Shown piece by piece: positions 9,076-17,405 of a stretch of 40,378 nt of DNA. The translations under genes were made by a program, and so were the position numbers. The notes below the pieces were generated by a model. That model was not told where the DNA came from, ran no database searches, and saw only the letters and a list, made by a program, of their open reading frames with translations. This stretch comes from Candidatus Saccharimonadota bacterium (GTDB lineage Bacteria > Patescibacteriota > Saccharimonadia > CAILAD01 > BJGX01). The stretch spans positions 1 through 40,378 of the forward strand of contig JACDEK010000001.1 of the NCBI GenBank assembly GCA_013816445.1. Reading direction: 5' to 3'. Position 1 is the first letter of the stretch; every line of letters starts with the position of its first letter.

Positions 9076-12000
9076 ATGGCGTCAGATCCATTCGCAGCTT
9101 GGGAGTCAAGATACGGTTCGCAGTCTAGCGGTGGGGGTGGTAATGATCCATTTTCATCTTGGGAGAGCCGATATAGTGTTGCTCGACTAGACCCTAATAA
9201 ATCACAAAAAGCTGGTGGTCTAGATCAGCTTAACCCAACTCAGCTTAAAAAATTTGGGTATAGCCCACAAGATTTAGGCCAAGAATATGTTAATAAACAA
9301 TATGCTAATCAATTCAGTGGTGCTAATAATACGTTTGCTCGTATATTTAAAGATTTAAGTGACAATGATCGTAAAAAATTATTAGATAATATAAGTAACA
9401 TTCCAGACAACCCAATAAAAAATATGTTGCTTGAAACATCTAAAAATGCTCCAGGTGCAAGTTTTAAATCTAATGCTATAGATAGGGCTAGAGAGTTTAC
9501 TAATGCTCCAGCAAGCACTAAATTATTAAGTGCTTTCTCACCTGTAGCAACAGGTTTGGCATTGTTTAATGCAGATAAAGCTATTCCTAAGCCAATACGA
9601 AACTTTAGCGAAACATATAACCAAAACTTGCTTGGTGGACTCGGTAGAGAAGGTGTCAATATTGCCAATGCTGGTGCTAATTTAATGAGCTTTGGTTTGA
9701 ATAGAGATGCTAACTCTAGAAACGCTCAGATGGTTAAGGACTCTTTATTTCCAGAACAGGGAACTAAAAACTCTCTATCTACTACAAAACGAGAGGATCT
9801 AGATAAGTGGGGTAAATATGGTCAATTAGCTGGCTCTGGTTCTAAACTTGCTACTGAAATAATAGGCACAGGTGATATTGGTAATGTTGCTAAGGGAATT
9901 ACTGCTGGCAGTTCTCTAGTAAAAGGTCTAGCTGGGGGTGGTAGAATTGCACAACTAGGATCTAAAGCCCTACCTTTACTCGGTGAATCGCTTGCTTCTA
10001 CTGGTGTTCAAACAGTAGGTAATGGCGGTGATATAAAAAGAGGTCTTGCTGAGGGTCTTGCTTATGATGCAGCATTTAACGTTGTAACTCTTGGTCTAGG
10101 AAAGTATGCAAGCAAAATAAATGCTCCCGAAACTCTCACTAAACTAGTAGAATCTCAGAGGGATCTAAAAGGTGTCCTGAGAGTAGTAAATGATGCTAAT
10201 GTTTCTGCTAAAGTTAAGAAACAACTCCTCGATGAAACAGATAGATTATCTCAGCTAGCTCTACCAACACCAAGTGGTAAATTAAGTGGTGATGGATTCA
10301 CTATGTCAAACTCACCAAATATTGCTACGATTGGTGCTAGCAAAAGACTTGGCTCAATAGAAAAAATGCTAGGTGATGCATCGGCTGGTAAAAAACAGAT
10401 AGATCCCGAAGCGTTTAAATCTCTGAAAGCTGAGAGAGATAACATACTACAACAAATACAAACTGGTGGTATTCAAAAACCAGCCAGACAAGCATCTACT
10501 GCAATAGGTGAGGACTTTTCTATGGGGGCAACAGCCCCACAAGGAATGATCCCAGCTCCTAGAACACCTGCTGAAATAGAAGTAGCAAAGATACTCGACC
10601 CTAACTATGCAAAACAAGAAGCCAAAGCAATAACTGATGCTAATAAATCTGGTTTCAAAGATAAACTATCAATGATAAAAAGAAAGTTCGTTGGTGCTGG
10701 TCTTGATGACGTTGCGATACTTGAAACTACTGCTAGAAACTCTAATCCTAATCTAAAAGCATCTGAGGATATTGGTAACCTCATAGATAGAACTCGCAGA
10801 TCAGAGATAATAGCTCAACAGTTTGGAAAAGATGCTGGCTTAGAAGACATAATAAAACTACATGGCGGAAAAGATTTTGATAAAGCTAGTATATTCTTGA
10901 GAGATAAGAGAGCCTTAGAACTATACAAGAATACTGGTGAGAATATGTCTGGTGTAGATCTTGGCAAAGCTGCTAAAAATGTAGAACTAAACTCAGCTAG
11001 ATTTGCTGAATTAAGTTCTAAAACCCAAGAGTACAATGGACAGTTCTTAGATGAAGCAGTAAATTACAATTTAATTTCTAGAGAAACTGCTGAGATGCTC
11101 AAAAAACAAAGTCCTGATTATGTTCCATTTAATCGTGTAATGGACGAGATAGAAAAATCATTTGATAGTGGCAGTTCAGTGAGTTTATCTAGCCAGAACG
11201 TAGTCAAAGCAATAAACGGTTCTGACAGAGAAGTAAAGAACGTAATGGAGAATATGTACGAGAATATGGGTAGAATGGTTGCACAGGGTGAAAGAAACAA
11301 TGCTGCAAAAGCACTATCATCTTATGTAAACCTAGAGGGTAATCCATTTGGTATAAGAGAGATAAAAGTATCCGAAGCTATCGGTAATAAAAATACTTTC
11401 TCATTCTTGGATAGTGGAGCAAAGCGTACTTTTGAGATAGCTCCTGAATTTAGAGATGCTGTAAAAGGCATGAATGGAGTAGAGATTGGCTTACTTGGTA
11501 AGATAATGGCACCATCTGCTAGACTTTTGAAAATGGGTGCAACTGGGCTAAACGTAGTATTCGGAGTGAGAAACGTACCAAAAGATCAACAGTTCTCCTT
11601 TATAGTTGGTAAACACCCAATACTTAGTGTTAAAAACTTCTTCAAAGCAGTGGGTGATACTGCTGGATTAGGTGAGTTCGGTGATGAGATGGCTAGATAT
11701 GGTGGCGGTACTATTGAAGCTGATGTATTCCGTAAGATGGGCAAAACAGTAAAACAGATACAGGCTGAAAGAAGCTTAGGTTCAAACCTTGCATACAAGG
11801 CAGCGAGACCTAACCAGTGGCTCAGATCAGTAGAAAATACCATAGGCAAGACCGAAGAGCTAACAAGAACTATGAATGCAAGATCATACTATGACGCTGC
11901 ATCAAAGGCTGGTAAAACAAAAGATGAAGCCATGCGAGAGGCTGTAGATGCCTATAATAAGGTATCTGTAGACTTTTTGAGAGCTGGGTCGATAACTCGT

Positions 12001-13038
12001 CAGTTAAATGCAGTAATACCATATCTTAACCCTGGTGTTCAAGGTACTAAAACATTCTTGAAAGCTATGAAAGAGAGACCAGTAGCAACAGGGGCTAAAT
12101 TGCTTGTTGGTGTGTATGCTCCTATGGCAGCAGTAACTGCGTATAATATGGCAGACCCTGAAAGACGTAAGATATGGAACGAAATACCTCCTTACGAAAA
12201 AGAAGGTAGCCTAATACTTGTATTGCCTGGTGCTAAGTCTAACGGTAAGGGTGGCTACAGTGGACTTATTAAACTACCAGTAAACCCTTCATTTGGTGCA
12301 ATGAATGGTCTTATTGGGAGAGCTATAGAATCTGCGTATGGTAAGGGTTCAGTTAGTGGACAAGATGCACTAAATGCCTTGTTAGAAACAATACAACCAA
12401 TAAGCACAGACCCAATGAAAGCACTTGGTCAGTTTACTCCACAAATTTTAAAACCAGGTATAGAACAATTCGCTAATAAGAGTATGTTTACTGGTGCACC
12501 AATAGTAGCGGACTCTATGCTAAACAAACCTGCTAATGAACAGGTAAAAGACTATACTTCTGGAACTGCTAGAAAAATTGGTGAAATGCTTGGAATATCA
12601 CCAATTAGAGTTGAGGCGTTCATTAAACAAAACTTAGCAGAAGTTGGTAGTCAGGGGCTTAATGCTTCGGACAATGTTCTTGCAAAAGCTGGAATAATAC
12701 CAAAAGAACAAATAGGCGGCAGAAGCGTAATGGCTGGACTATCTGGAGCACTAACCGAAGCTAGGGGTGGTGAGGGTACTAACGTATTCTACAAAACCTT
12801 AGAGCAAAACAGCCCAGATCGTACTAGGTATGTCAGTAAAGTAAATGAAGCGGTACAAAGAAAAGACTATAATGATGCTAAAAAAATAGCCAAAGAGTAC
12901 AACGATAGTCTAAATAACAAACTGACTGAGTATAACAAACATCACACTAAAGACAGTAGCTTAGAAGAAGCACTTAAAAAGGCTTACATAAATGATAGCG
13001 ACAAAGCACTTAAATCTAGGTATAAGAAAAATAAGTAA
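9076..13038 (+). CDS. Large internal virion / DNA-ejection-type protein (1320 aa)
   Basis: Longest ORF; size and position resemble podovirus internal core proteins; no catalytic motif recognised. Confidence 0.45.
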   Translation: MASDPFAAWESRYGSQSSGGGGNDPFSSWESRYSVARLDPNKSQKAGGLDQLNPTQLKKFGYSPQDLGQEYVNKQYANQFSGANNTFARIFKDLSDNDRKKLLDNISNIPDNPIKNMLLETSKNAPGASFKSNAIDRAREFTNAPASTKLLSAFSPVATGLALFNADKAIPKPIRNFSETYNQNLLGGLGREGVNIANAGANLMSFGLNRDANSRNAQMVKDSLFPEQGTKNSLSTTKREDLDKWGKYGQLAGSGSKLATEIIGTGDIGNVAKGITAGSSLVKGLAGGGRIAQLGSKALPLLGESLASTGVQTVGNGGDIKRGLAEGLAYDAAFNVVTLGLGKYASKINAPETLTKLVESQRDLKGVLRVVNDANVSAKVKKQLLDETDRLSQLALPTPSGKLSGDGFTMSNSPNIATIGASKRLGSIEKMLGDASAGKKQIDPEAFKSLKAERDNILQQIQTGGIQKPARQASTAIGEDFSMGATAPQGMIPAPRTPAEIEVAKILDPNYAKQEAKAITDANKSGFKDKLSMIKRKFVGAGLDDVAILETTARNSNPNLKASEDIGNLIDRTRRSEIIAQQFGKDAGLEDIIKLHGGKDFDKASIFLRDKRALELYKNTGENMSGVDLGKAAKNVELNSARFAELSSKTQEYNGQFLDEAVNYNLISRETAEMLKKQSPDYVPFNRVMDEIEKSFDSGSSVSLSSQNVVKAINGSDREVKNVMENMYENMGRMVAQGERNNAAKALSSYVNLEGNPFGIREIKVSEAIGNKNTFSFLDSGAKRTFEIAPEFRDAVKGMNGVEIGLLGKIMAPSARLLKMGATGLNVVFGVRNVPKDQQFSFIVGKHPILSVKNFFKAVGDTAGLGEFGDEMARYGGGTIEADVFRKMGKTVKQIQAERSLGSNLAYKAARPNQWLRSVENTIGKTEELTRTMNARSYYDAASKAGKTKDEAMREAVDAYNKVSVDFLRAGSITRQLNAVIPYLNPGVQGTKTFLKAMKERPVATGAKLLVGVYAPMAAVTAYNMADPERRKIWNEIPPYEKEGSLILVLPGAKSNGKGGYSGLIKLPVNPSFGAMNGLIGRAIESAYGKGSVSGQDALNALLETIQPISTDPMKALGQFTPQILKPGIEQFANKSMFTGAPIVADSMLNKPANEQVKDYTSGTARKIGEMLGISPIRVEAFIKQNLAEVGSQGLNASDNVLAKAGIIPKEQIGGRSVMAGLSGALTEARGGEGTNVFYKTLEQNSPDRTRYVSKVNEAVQRKDYNDAKKIAKEYNDSLNNKLTEYNKHHTKDSSLEEALKKAYINDSDKALKSRYKKNK

Positions 13039-13046
13039 GGTATAAT
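13038..13046 (+). promoter_or_regulatory. -10 promoter AGGTATAAT
   Basis: Perfect TATAAT directly after stop of the 1320-aa gene, upstream of the lysis genes. Confidence 0.35.
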
Positions 13047-13090
13047 AAAGGTTATGGATAAAAACTTCAGCAAGAGTCGGGCATAGAGAT

Positions 13091-13441
13091 ATGGATATTT
13101 CTGTTGTATTAGGTGCGTTCGCTGGCATGCTATTAGGGTTTTATGGTATCGCTAAGGTTATGCTACTACAGGCATCAAAAGACCGTGATGCAGATAGAAA
13201 TGAGCGTAAGGAGTTTATATCAGCCGTTAAAGATATGGCTGGTGCAAGTGGTAGAGTAGCCGATGCAACTGTAAAGAGTGCCATAGAAGCCGAACAACGC
13301 AACGGCCATCTTGGGGAGCTTATATCTCAGGGCAATGAGAACACTACTAAGATACTAAGTACATTAGACAAATCGGCTAACATTCGTTCTAAAGAGTCTC
13401 ATGGCTCTGGGCAATTAGTTAAGACTAAGGAGGATAAATAA
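13091..13441 (+). CDS. Membrane protein of lysis cassette (holin/antiholin candidate)
   Basis: N-terminal TM helix ISVVLGAFAGMLLGFYGIAKVMLL then charged helix; TAATG-coupled to the endolysin. Confidence 0.5.
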   Translation: MDISVVLGAFAGMLLGFYGIAKVMLLQASKDRDADRNERKEFISAVKDMAGASGRVADATVKSAIEAEQRNGHLGELISQGNENTTKILSTLDKSANIRSKESHGSGQLVKTKEDK

Positions 13442-14277
13442 TGACAATAGGTGAATGGTATGCACAAAGAGCAGGACAACGATTAGGTTCGTGTGGTGGT
13501 GGTAGTCAGAATATCGGGCAGTGCCAGCAATTAGTACAACTATACGCACTTGAGGTTCTAGGTGTACCAGGCTGCCCAGCATTTCCTGTACCATACGCAC
13601 GTCTTATGATGGGTACTCGTACAGATTACTTCACAACCGTACCCAATACACCATCTGGTGTACCACCTTATGGTTCGATAGTAGTCTTTAACGGTAGAGT
13701 TGGCGGTGGCTATGGTCACACAGGCGTAGCAATCGAGGGTAGCGATACTAACGTAGTGCGTATTATTCAACAGAACGACCCAATGGGTTCAGGGGCATCA
13801 ATAAAAATATATAATTATAATAATGTAATGGGCTGGCTTGTACCAAAATCTCAAGCTGTACAACCACAAGGAGATAATGACGTGATAATCAACGATAACA
13901 ATAACTTTGCACGAGCAAACAAAACTCATTTACAAATAAGAGGTAGAGCTTTAGACAGAGGCACATTCAATGCTTTTGTAGGTAAGGGCTGGCTTACATT
14001 TATAGAAGCTTTATCTGATGACCAAGAAGCCAATGACCACGAAGCTGCAGCAACACTAGGTGCAGTAGCTCGCCGAGATAACTGGCAACAACAGATATAT
14101 ACCTTACAAGACCAGAACAAAGTATTGCAGGGGCAAGTAGATAGCCTAGCCAAACAGGTAAAAGAATTACAAGCACAAATTGGTACACAAACAGATGACA
14201 CAAAGCTATTAAATGGCTTCGGTGAAATATTAACTAAACTAATAATCCGTCTTGGACTTAAAGGAGAACAGAAATGA
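13441..14277 (+). CDS. Endolysin, CHAP-domain peptidase with C-terminal coiled coil
   Basis: NIGQCQQLV (Cys nucleophile context) ... GYGHTGVAIEG (His) ... QQNDP; no recognisable wall-binding domain. Confidence 0.7.
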   Translation: MTIGEWYAQRAGQRLGSCGGGSQNIGQCQQLVQLYALEVLGVPGCPAFPVPYARLMMGTRTDYFTTVPNTPSGVPPYGSIVVFNGRVGGGYGHTGVAIEGSDTNVVRIIQQNDPMGSGASIKIYNYNNVMGWLVPKSQAVQPQGDNDVIINDNNNFARANKTHLQIRGRALDRGTFNAFVGKGWLTFIEALSDDQEANDHEAAATLGAVARRDNWQQQIYTLQDQNKVLQGQVDSLAKQVKELQAQIGTQTDDTKLLNGFGEILTKLIIRLGLKGEQK

Positions 14278-14435
14278 ACATAATCATAGCAGTAGTAACA
14301 GCGATAATCGTAGGTGTAATAGTAGCTTTAATAGTAGGACTTGTACCAGCAATTGCAATGTATGCAACAGTAGCAGGATTGATTGCAGGACTTATTGTAC
14401 TAGTAGGTGGCTTGTCAGGTAAGTTTCCATGGTAG
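14274..14435 (+). CDS. Small 2-TM membrane protein (holin-like, 53 aa; below the track cutoff)
   Basis: AAAGGAGaacagaaATG with ATGA overlap to the endolysin stop; hand translation MNIIIAVVTAIIVGVIVALIVGLVPAIAMYATVAGLIAGLIVLVGGLSGKFPW. Confidence 0.6.
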   Translation: MNIIIAVVTAIIVGVIVALIVGLVPAIAMYATVAGLIAGLIVLVGGLSGKFPW

Positions 14436-14602
14436 ACAAACTTAAAGGACTAGGCAAATATAGTAAGTTTCTTGTAGCAGCACTTACTGTAGTGCTTGCA
14501 GGATTAGCTTCTGTGTACGGAGATAACCAATATGTACAACTAGCAATTGGTATCGCTGGTGCATTAGGAGTTTACGCAGTACCAAACAGACAGGTAAAGT
14601 AA
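14429..14602 (+). CDS. Small 2-TM membrane protein (holin-like, 57 aa)
   Basis: ATGGTAG overlap with previous ORF; MVDKLKGLGKYSKFLVAALTVVLAGLASVYGDNQYVQLAIGIAGALGVYAVPNRQVK. Confidence 0.55.
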   Translation: MVDKLKGLGKYSKFLVAALTVVLAGLASVYGDNQYVQLAIGIAGALGVYAVPNRQVK

Positions 14603-14715
14603 TGAAATCAGAGGATAAGGTTATTCTCGAATCAGAAATAATAGAGGAGTGGGATAAGCCAATGGTGTGTCCTATTGATCCAAAAGAACTTTCTGAATGT
14701 GAAGCTTGCCAATAA
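14602..14715 (+). CDS. Small acidic Cys-containing protein (37 aa)
   Basis: TAATG overlap; MKSEDKVILESEIIEEWDKPMVCPIDPKELSECEACQ. Confidence 0.4.
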   Translation: MKSEDKVILESEIIEEWDKPMVCPIDPKELSECEACQ

Positions 14716-14801
14716 GTGATATACTCTAAATAAGTCGTCGTACCTGCTTTCAAGTGCAACTTATATATTTATACAAAAACTCGTTTAAGAACAACTCTAA
14801 A

Positions 14802-14830
14802 AATACCTCATCGACTTGGGGTATTTTTTT
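14802..14830 (+). terminator. Rho-independent terminator of the late arm
   Basis: AATACCTCA-tcgact-TGGGGTATT (9 bp including one G-U) followed by a T-run. Confidence 0.7.
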
Positions 14831-14834
14831 ATAT

Positions 14835-14862
14835 AAAAAGCCCCCTGTATTTCTACAGGAGG
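14835..14862 (-). terminator. Rho-independent terminator of the early arm
   Basis: Minus strand CCTCCTGTA-gaaa-TACAGGGGG then CTTTTT. Confidence 0.7.
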
Positions 14863-14868
14863 CACTGC

Positions 14869-15009
14869 TCAGAATAGTGTACCTTGTGGGTCAACTTTGT
14901 CTGGGCAGGTTTTCGCTTGTCGGGCGAGGTGTGGTTCTTGGAGTTTGGCTTCCCACTTACGGAGGCGGTAGTCCAAGTAATCAACGAAGAAGCTAATCAG
15001 CTTGAACAT
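14869..15009 (-). CDS. Micro-ORF E (46 aa) of the GC-rich block
   Basis: GAGGAGGtgaaaagATG; MFKLISFFVDYLDYRLRKWEAKLQEPHLARQAKTCPDKVDPQGTLF. Confidence 0.5.
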   Translation of the reverse strand: MFKLISFFVDYLDYRLRKWEAKLQEPHLARQAKTCPDKVDPQGTLF

Positions 15010-15164
15010 CTTTTCACCTCCTCAATGAGTAGCTCGACGTGACGGTGTTGAATCTCTAGGCGGTTGATGTCACGAACTAAGAGGATATGAGCCTTACGTT
15101 TGATGTCTAGCTCAACTTCTAATCCTCGAAGTTCTATCTCTAGAAACTCTTGGTCTTGTGTCAT
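14997..15164 (-). CDS. Micro-ORF D (55 aa, coiled-coil-like)
   Basis: ATGA overlap with ORF C; MTQDQEFLEIELRGLEVELDIKRKAHILLVRDINRLEIQHRHVELLIEEVKRCSS. Confidence 0.5.
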   Translation of the reverse strand: MTQDQEFLEIELRGLEVELDIKRKAHILLVRDINRLEIQHRHVELLIEEVKRCSS

Positions 15165-15331
15165 CGTTCCCCCGTTCGCATCTCCTCTTTCTCGATTCGC
15201 GACACTAGCTTTATACGCTCAGCTTGTACCCGCAGTATCTTGCTGTTGATGTTTTTGTTCCATCTGTATAACTTGGCAAGGTACTTGTCGGTCTTGATTA
15301 GACGTTCTCTCAACGCAACCACGTTCGACAC
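15161..15331 (-). CDS. Micro-ORF C (56 aa, coiled-coil-like), GTG start
   Basis: AAGGAGataactcGTG; (M)SNVVALRERLIKTDKYLAKLYRWNKNINSKILRVQAERIKLVSRIEKEEMRTGER. Confidence 0.5.
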   Translation of the reverse strand: MSNVVALRERLIKTDKYLAKLYRWNKNINSKILRVQAERIKLVSRIEKEEMRTGER

Positions 15332-15524
15332 GAGTTATCTCCTTTGGTGTGTTGGAGAAAAGTAGACCGTTGGTATACCACAACGATTCTGTGACTGGGC
15401 AGTAATGGCAGTACAGAAAGGCTGTAATTGACGCAACCTCTACAGGAGTTTTACAAACAGGGCATACTACTTTTCTACTACGCCCCGTTTGGTTACGACG
15501 ACGGTTCGCATTACTCGAAAACAT
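15219..15524 (-). CDS. Zinc-ribbon-like small protein (track ORF, 101 aa; C-terminal third may be non-coding read-through)
   Basis: AAGGAGGtggaacacagATG; CPVC...17 aa...CHYC; overlaps ORF C by 113 nt in another frame. Confidence 0.5.
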   Translation of the reverse strand: MFSSNANRRRNQTGRSRKVVCPVCKTPVEVASITAFLYCHYCPVTESLWYTNGLLFSNTPKEITRVERGCVERTSNQDRQVPCQVIQMEQKHQQQDTAGTS

Positions 15525-15592
15525 CTGTGTTCCACCTCCTTGCGTAGTGTTACAATCCTAACTTCGCAATGAGGGCATACCCAGTTAATCAT
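15467..15592 (-). CDS. Micro-ORF A2 (41 aa, CPHC motif)
   Basis: ATGA overlap with A1; MINWVCPHCEVRIVTLRKEVEHRCFRVMRTVVVTKRGVVEK; overlaps start of 15524 ORF. Confidence 0.35.
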   Translation of the reverse strand: MINWVCPHCEVRIVTLRKEVEHRCFRVMRTVVVTKRGVVEK

Positions 15593-15678
15593 CGTCTTCC
15601 TTTCGATGGTGTCCGACGCTTCTTGCGGGATGCACGCTTCTTCTTCTGTACTACTACAGACTTCTGCACAGTTGCCAT
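15589..15678 (-). CDS. Micro-ORF A1: extremely basic 29-aa peptide
   Basis: GGGGGAataATG; MATVQKSVVVQKKKRASRKKRRTPSKGRR (13 K/R of 29); TATAAT on minus strand at 15715..15710. Confidence 0.45.
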   Translation of the reverse strand: MATVQKSVVVQKKKRASRKKRRTPSKGRR

Positions 15679-15747
15679 TATTCCCCCTAGATTGTAAGGT
15701 ACTAACTACATTATACGCCTAGTACCAGCCCTTTGCATTTGAATGAG

Positions 15748-16368
15748 CTAGCACGTGCAACTTCCACAATGTTTCTTAACCTTTGTACCCTTGGCTATCT
15801 TGCTGAAATAATCTTCGCCATATTTTTTAGCCAACTCCTTACCAGACAACGAACCAGTTATTTTACTGTTACCCCAGTACGAGTTATCTACTTCTAATAC
15901 AGGTAAGTGTTTCCATGAGTAGCCTCTTACTATTTTGTTCACAGACGACTTGTTTATCCCATACTCTTCCGCAAGGTCTAGGCTTCGCTCCCCAGTTTGT
16001 TTTCTTTTGCGTATTTCCATGACTTGCCTTTCGGATAGCTTAGCTGTGTTGACACTTTCGCCTCTTCTCAAAAATAACCTTCTCTCGTTGTTCTCTGTCG
16101 GTGTGCAGGATTCTAGGTTTACCAACCTACAATCAGTCACTATCCCATTTATATGATTAACGTGATAACCATCAGGAATATCGGCGTAGGTAGATATAAC
16201 CAGGCGATGTAGAGATTTCTCAGATACCTTCCCATCTTTACTCAGCCTTACTGATAGGTAGCCTCCATTTTTAATTACAGGCTTTACTACACCGAGCGTT
16301 TTCCTATTTCTGATATAGCCATCTATGCTACATTCATAATTTGGGTAGTCTTCAAGTTGTTTCCACAT
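15748..16368 (-). CDS. HNH homing endonuclease (NUMOD4 + HNH_3 + C-terminal HTH)
   Basis: WKQLEDYPNYECSIDGYIRN; HRLVISTY...VNHINGIVTDCRLVNLESCTPTENN; LSERQVMEIRKR...YGINKSSVNKIVRGYSWKHL. Confidence 0.85.
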   Translation of the reverse strand: MWKQLEDYPNYECSIDGYIRNRKTLGVVKPVIKNGGYLSVRLSKDGKVSEKSLHRLVISTYADIPDGYHVNHINGIVTDCRLVNLESCTPTENNERRLFLRRGESVNTAKLSERQVMEIRKRKQTGERSLDLAEEYGINKSSVNKIVRGYSWKHLPVLEVDNSYWGNSKITGSLSGKELAKKYGEDYFSKIAKGTKVKKHCGSCTC

Positions 16369-16400
16369 ACCCCTATATTAACACAGTAGTTCTTGTGGTA

Positions 16401-16991
16401 CTAGTACCAATTATGACTGTCGTGCCAGCTTACTGCGGCTTTCCAGCTTCCATATCTTTGAATCACATAATTTTGCATCCAAATTAATTGATTCACTGGA
16501 GATACGGCACTCGTACCGTTTGCATTTACAGCCCCCATTTTACTACAGGGCAGGCTTTGCCCAACCCCGCAAGCTCCTGAGCTTTTATTCACTGCATTTG
16601 GATTACAGCCTGATTCCCTATTGATCAGTATTATTGCTGAACCAACATCTGTGACGCCTGCTTGAGCCATCCAGTCGCTACATGAGCCAGAAGCCCTAGC
16701 TACTGGGGCGGGCGGGAAAGATGGCTTAGGGGCTGTCTGTGTGGCTAATTCGGCTAATCTTTTAGCCTCTGCCTTAGCCTGTACTTGTTGCTTTAACTCT
16801 TCTACTTGTTTCTTTAGAAGTTCTGACTCTTCTTTTTGTTTTAACTGATTTACTTTTAACTGTACTCCAACATTCTTGATAGATTGTATTTTGTAATCAG
16901 TTTCTATTTTTGAAGTATTTAATTTTACTGCTATTACTAGGATCGCTGCTATGGCTATAAGCCAAGTGACTGCTAATAAACGTGATAAAAT
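16401..16991 (-). CDS. Membrane-anchored muralytic protein (TM + coiled coil + transglycosylase-like/Apf-type domain), probable ATT start
   Basis: Track ORF 16401..16670 carries NRESGCNPNAVNKSSGACGVGQ...RYGSWKAAVSWHDSHNWY. I verified codon by codon that the frame stays open 107 codons upstream to TAA 17006-17004 with no ATG/GTG/TTG. GGAGaaagcttATT lies at 17002-16989. Confidence 0.65.
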   Translation of the reverse strand: MLSRLLAVTWLIAIAAILVIAVKLNTSKIETDYKIQSIKNVGVQLKVNQLKQKEESELLKKQVEELKQQVQAKAEAKRLAELATQTAPKPSFPPAPVARASGSCSDWMAQAGVTDVGSAIILINRESGCNPNAVNKSSGACGVGQSLPCSKMGAVNANGTSAVSPVNQLIWMQNYVIQRYGSWKAAVSWHDSHNWY

Positions 16992-17014
16992 AAGCTTTCT
17001 CCGTTATGTTAAAT

Positions 17015-17020
17015 ATTATA
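17015..17020 (-). promoter_or_regulatory. -10 TATAAT on minus strand upstream of the ATT-start muralytic gene
   Basis: Minus strand reads caggtgTATAATatttaacataacGGAG. Confidence 0.4.
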
Positions 17021-17036
17021 CACCTGTTTAGTTTCT

Positions 17037-17405
17037 TTACTCATCTTTTACTTCCTCCCTAAGCCTGCATAGTCCGCAATTTTTACAGGCTGACATACCA
17101 TTATTTTGTACACAATTAACTATGTAAGGCTCAATATATTCTGCTATGGCCTTGTCTATATCGGCTTGGTGAGCATTCAATATTTCTTTTTGAGCTTTTA
17201 TAGAGTCTACAGCCCTGGCTGGTTCAATCTTACAAAAGTGTTTGAATAGTATGAACTCTAACTGTTTGTTAAAATCATTTTTATTTGTATCTTTCTCCAG
17301 CTCAATCTCGGCCACCCTAGATTCGTAAGCTTCGTAGGCTGGTTTAGCGATAGCTTGGTACTCTTCCAAAGCTTCCTTTAGTTGTTCTTCTATAGTCTTA
17401 TTCAT
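17037..17405 (-). CDS. Hypothetical helical protein with C-terminal CKNCGLC motif (122 aa)
   Basis: Track ORF; ATGA coupling to upstream micro-ORF. Confidence 0.6.
   Translation of the reverse strand: MNKTIEEQLKEALEEYQAIAKPAYEAYESRVAEIELEKDTNKNDFNKQLEFILFKHFCKIEPARAVDSIKAQKEILNAHQADIDKAIAEYIEPYIVNCVQNNGMSACKNCGLCRLREEVKDE

Noticed and set aside
9309-11849. Five minus-strand ORFs (9309, 10251, 10815, 11118, 11586)
   Set aside because: All are antisense inside the 1320-aa gene, lack an SD, and have a hydrophobic/low-complexity composition typical of antisense frames.
14484-14996. ORFs 14484..14759 (-) and 14754..14996 (+)
   Set aside because: The first is antisense to the SD-coupled small lysis ORFs. 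The second runs through both terminators and is antisense to micro-ORF E.
15150-15365. 71-aa plus-strand ORF
   Set aside because: It is antisense to SD-preceded minus-strand micro-ORFs C and D, lies downstream of the late-arm terminator, and has no SD.
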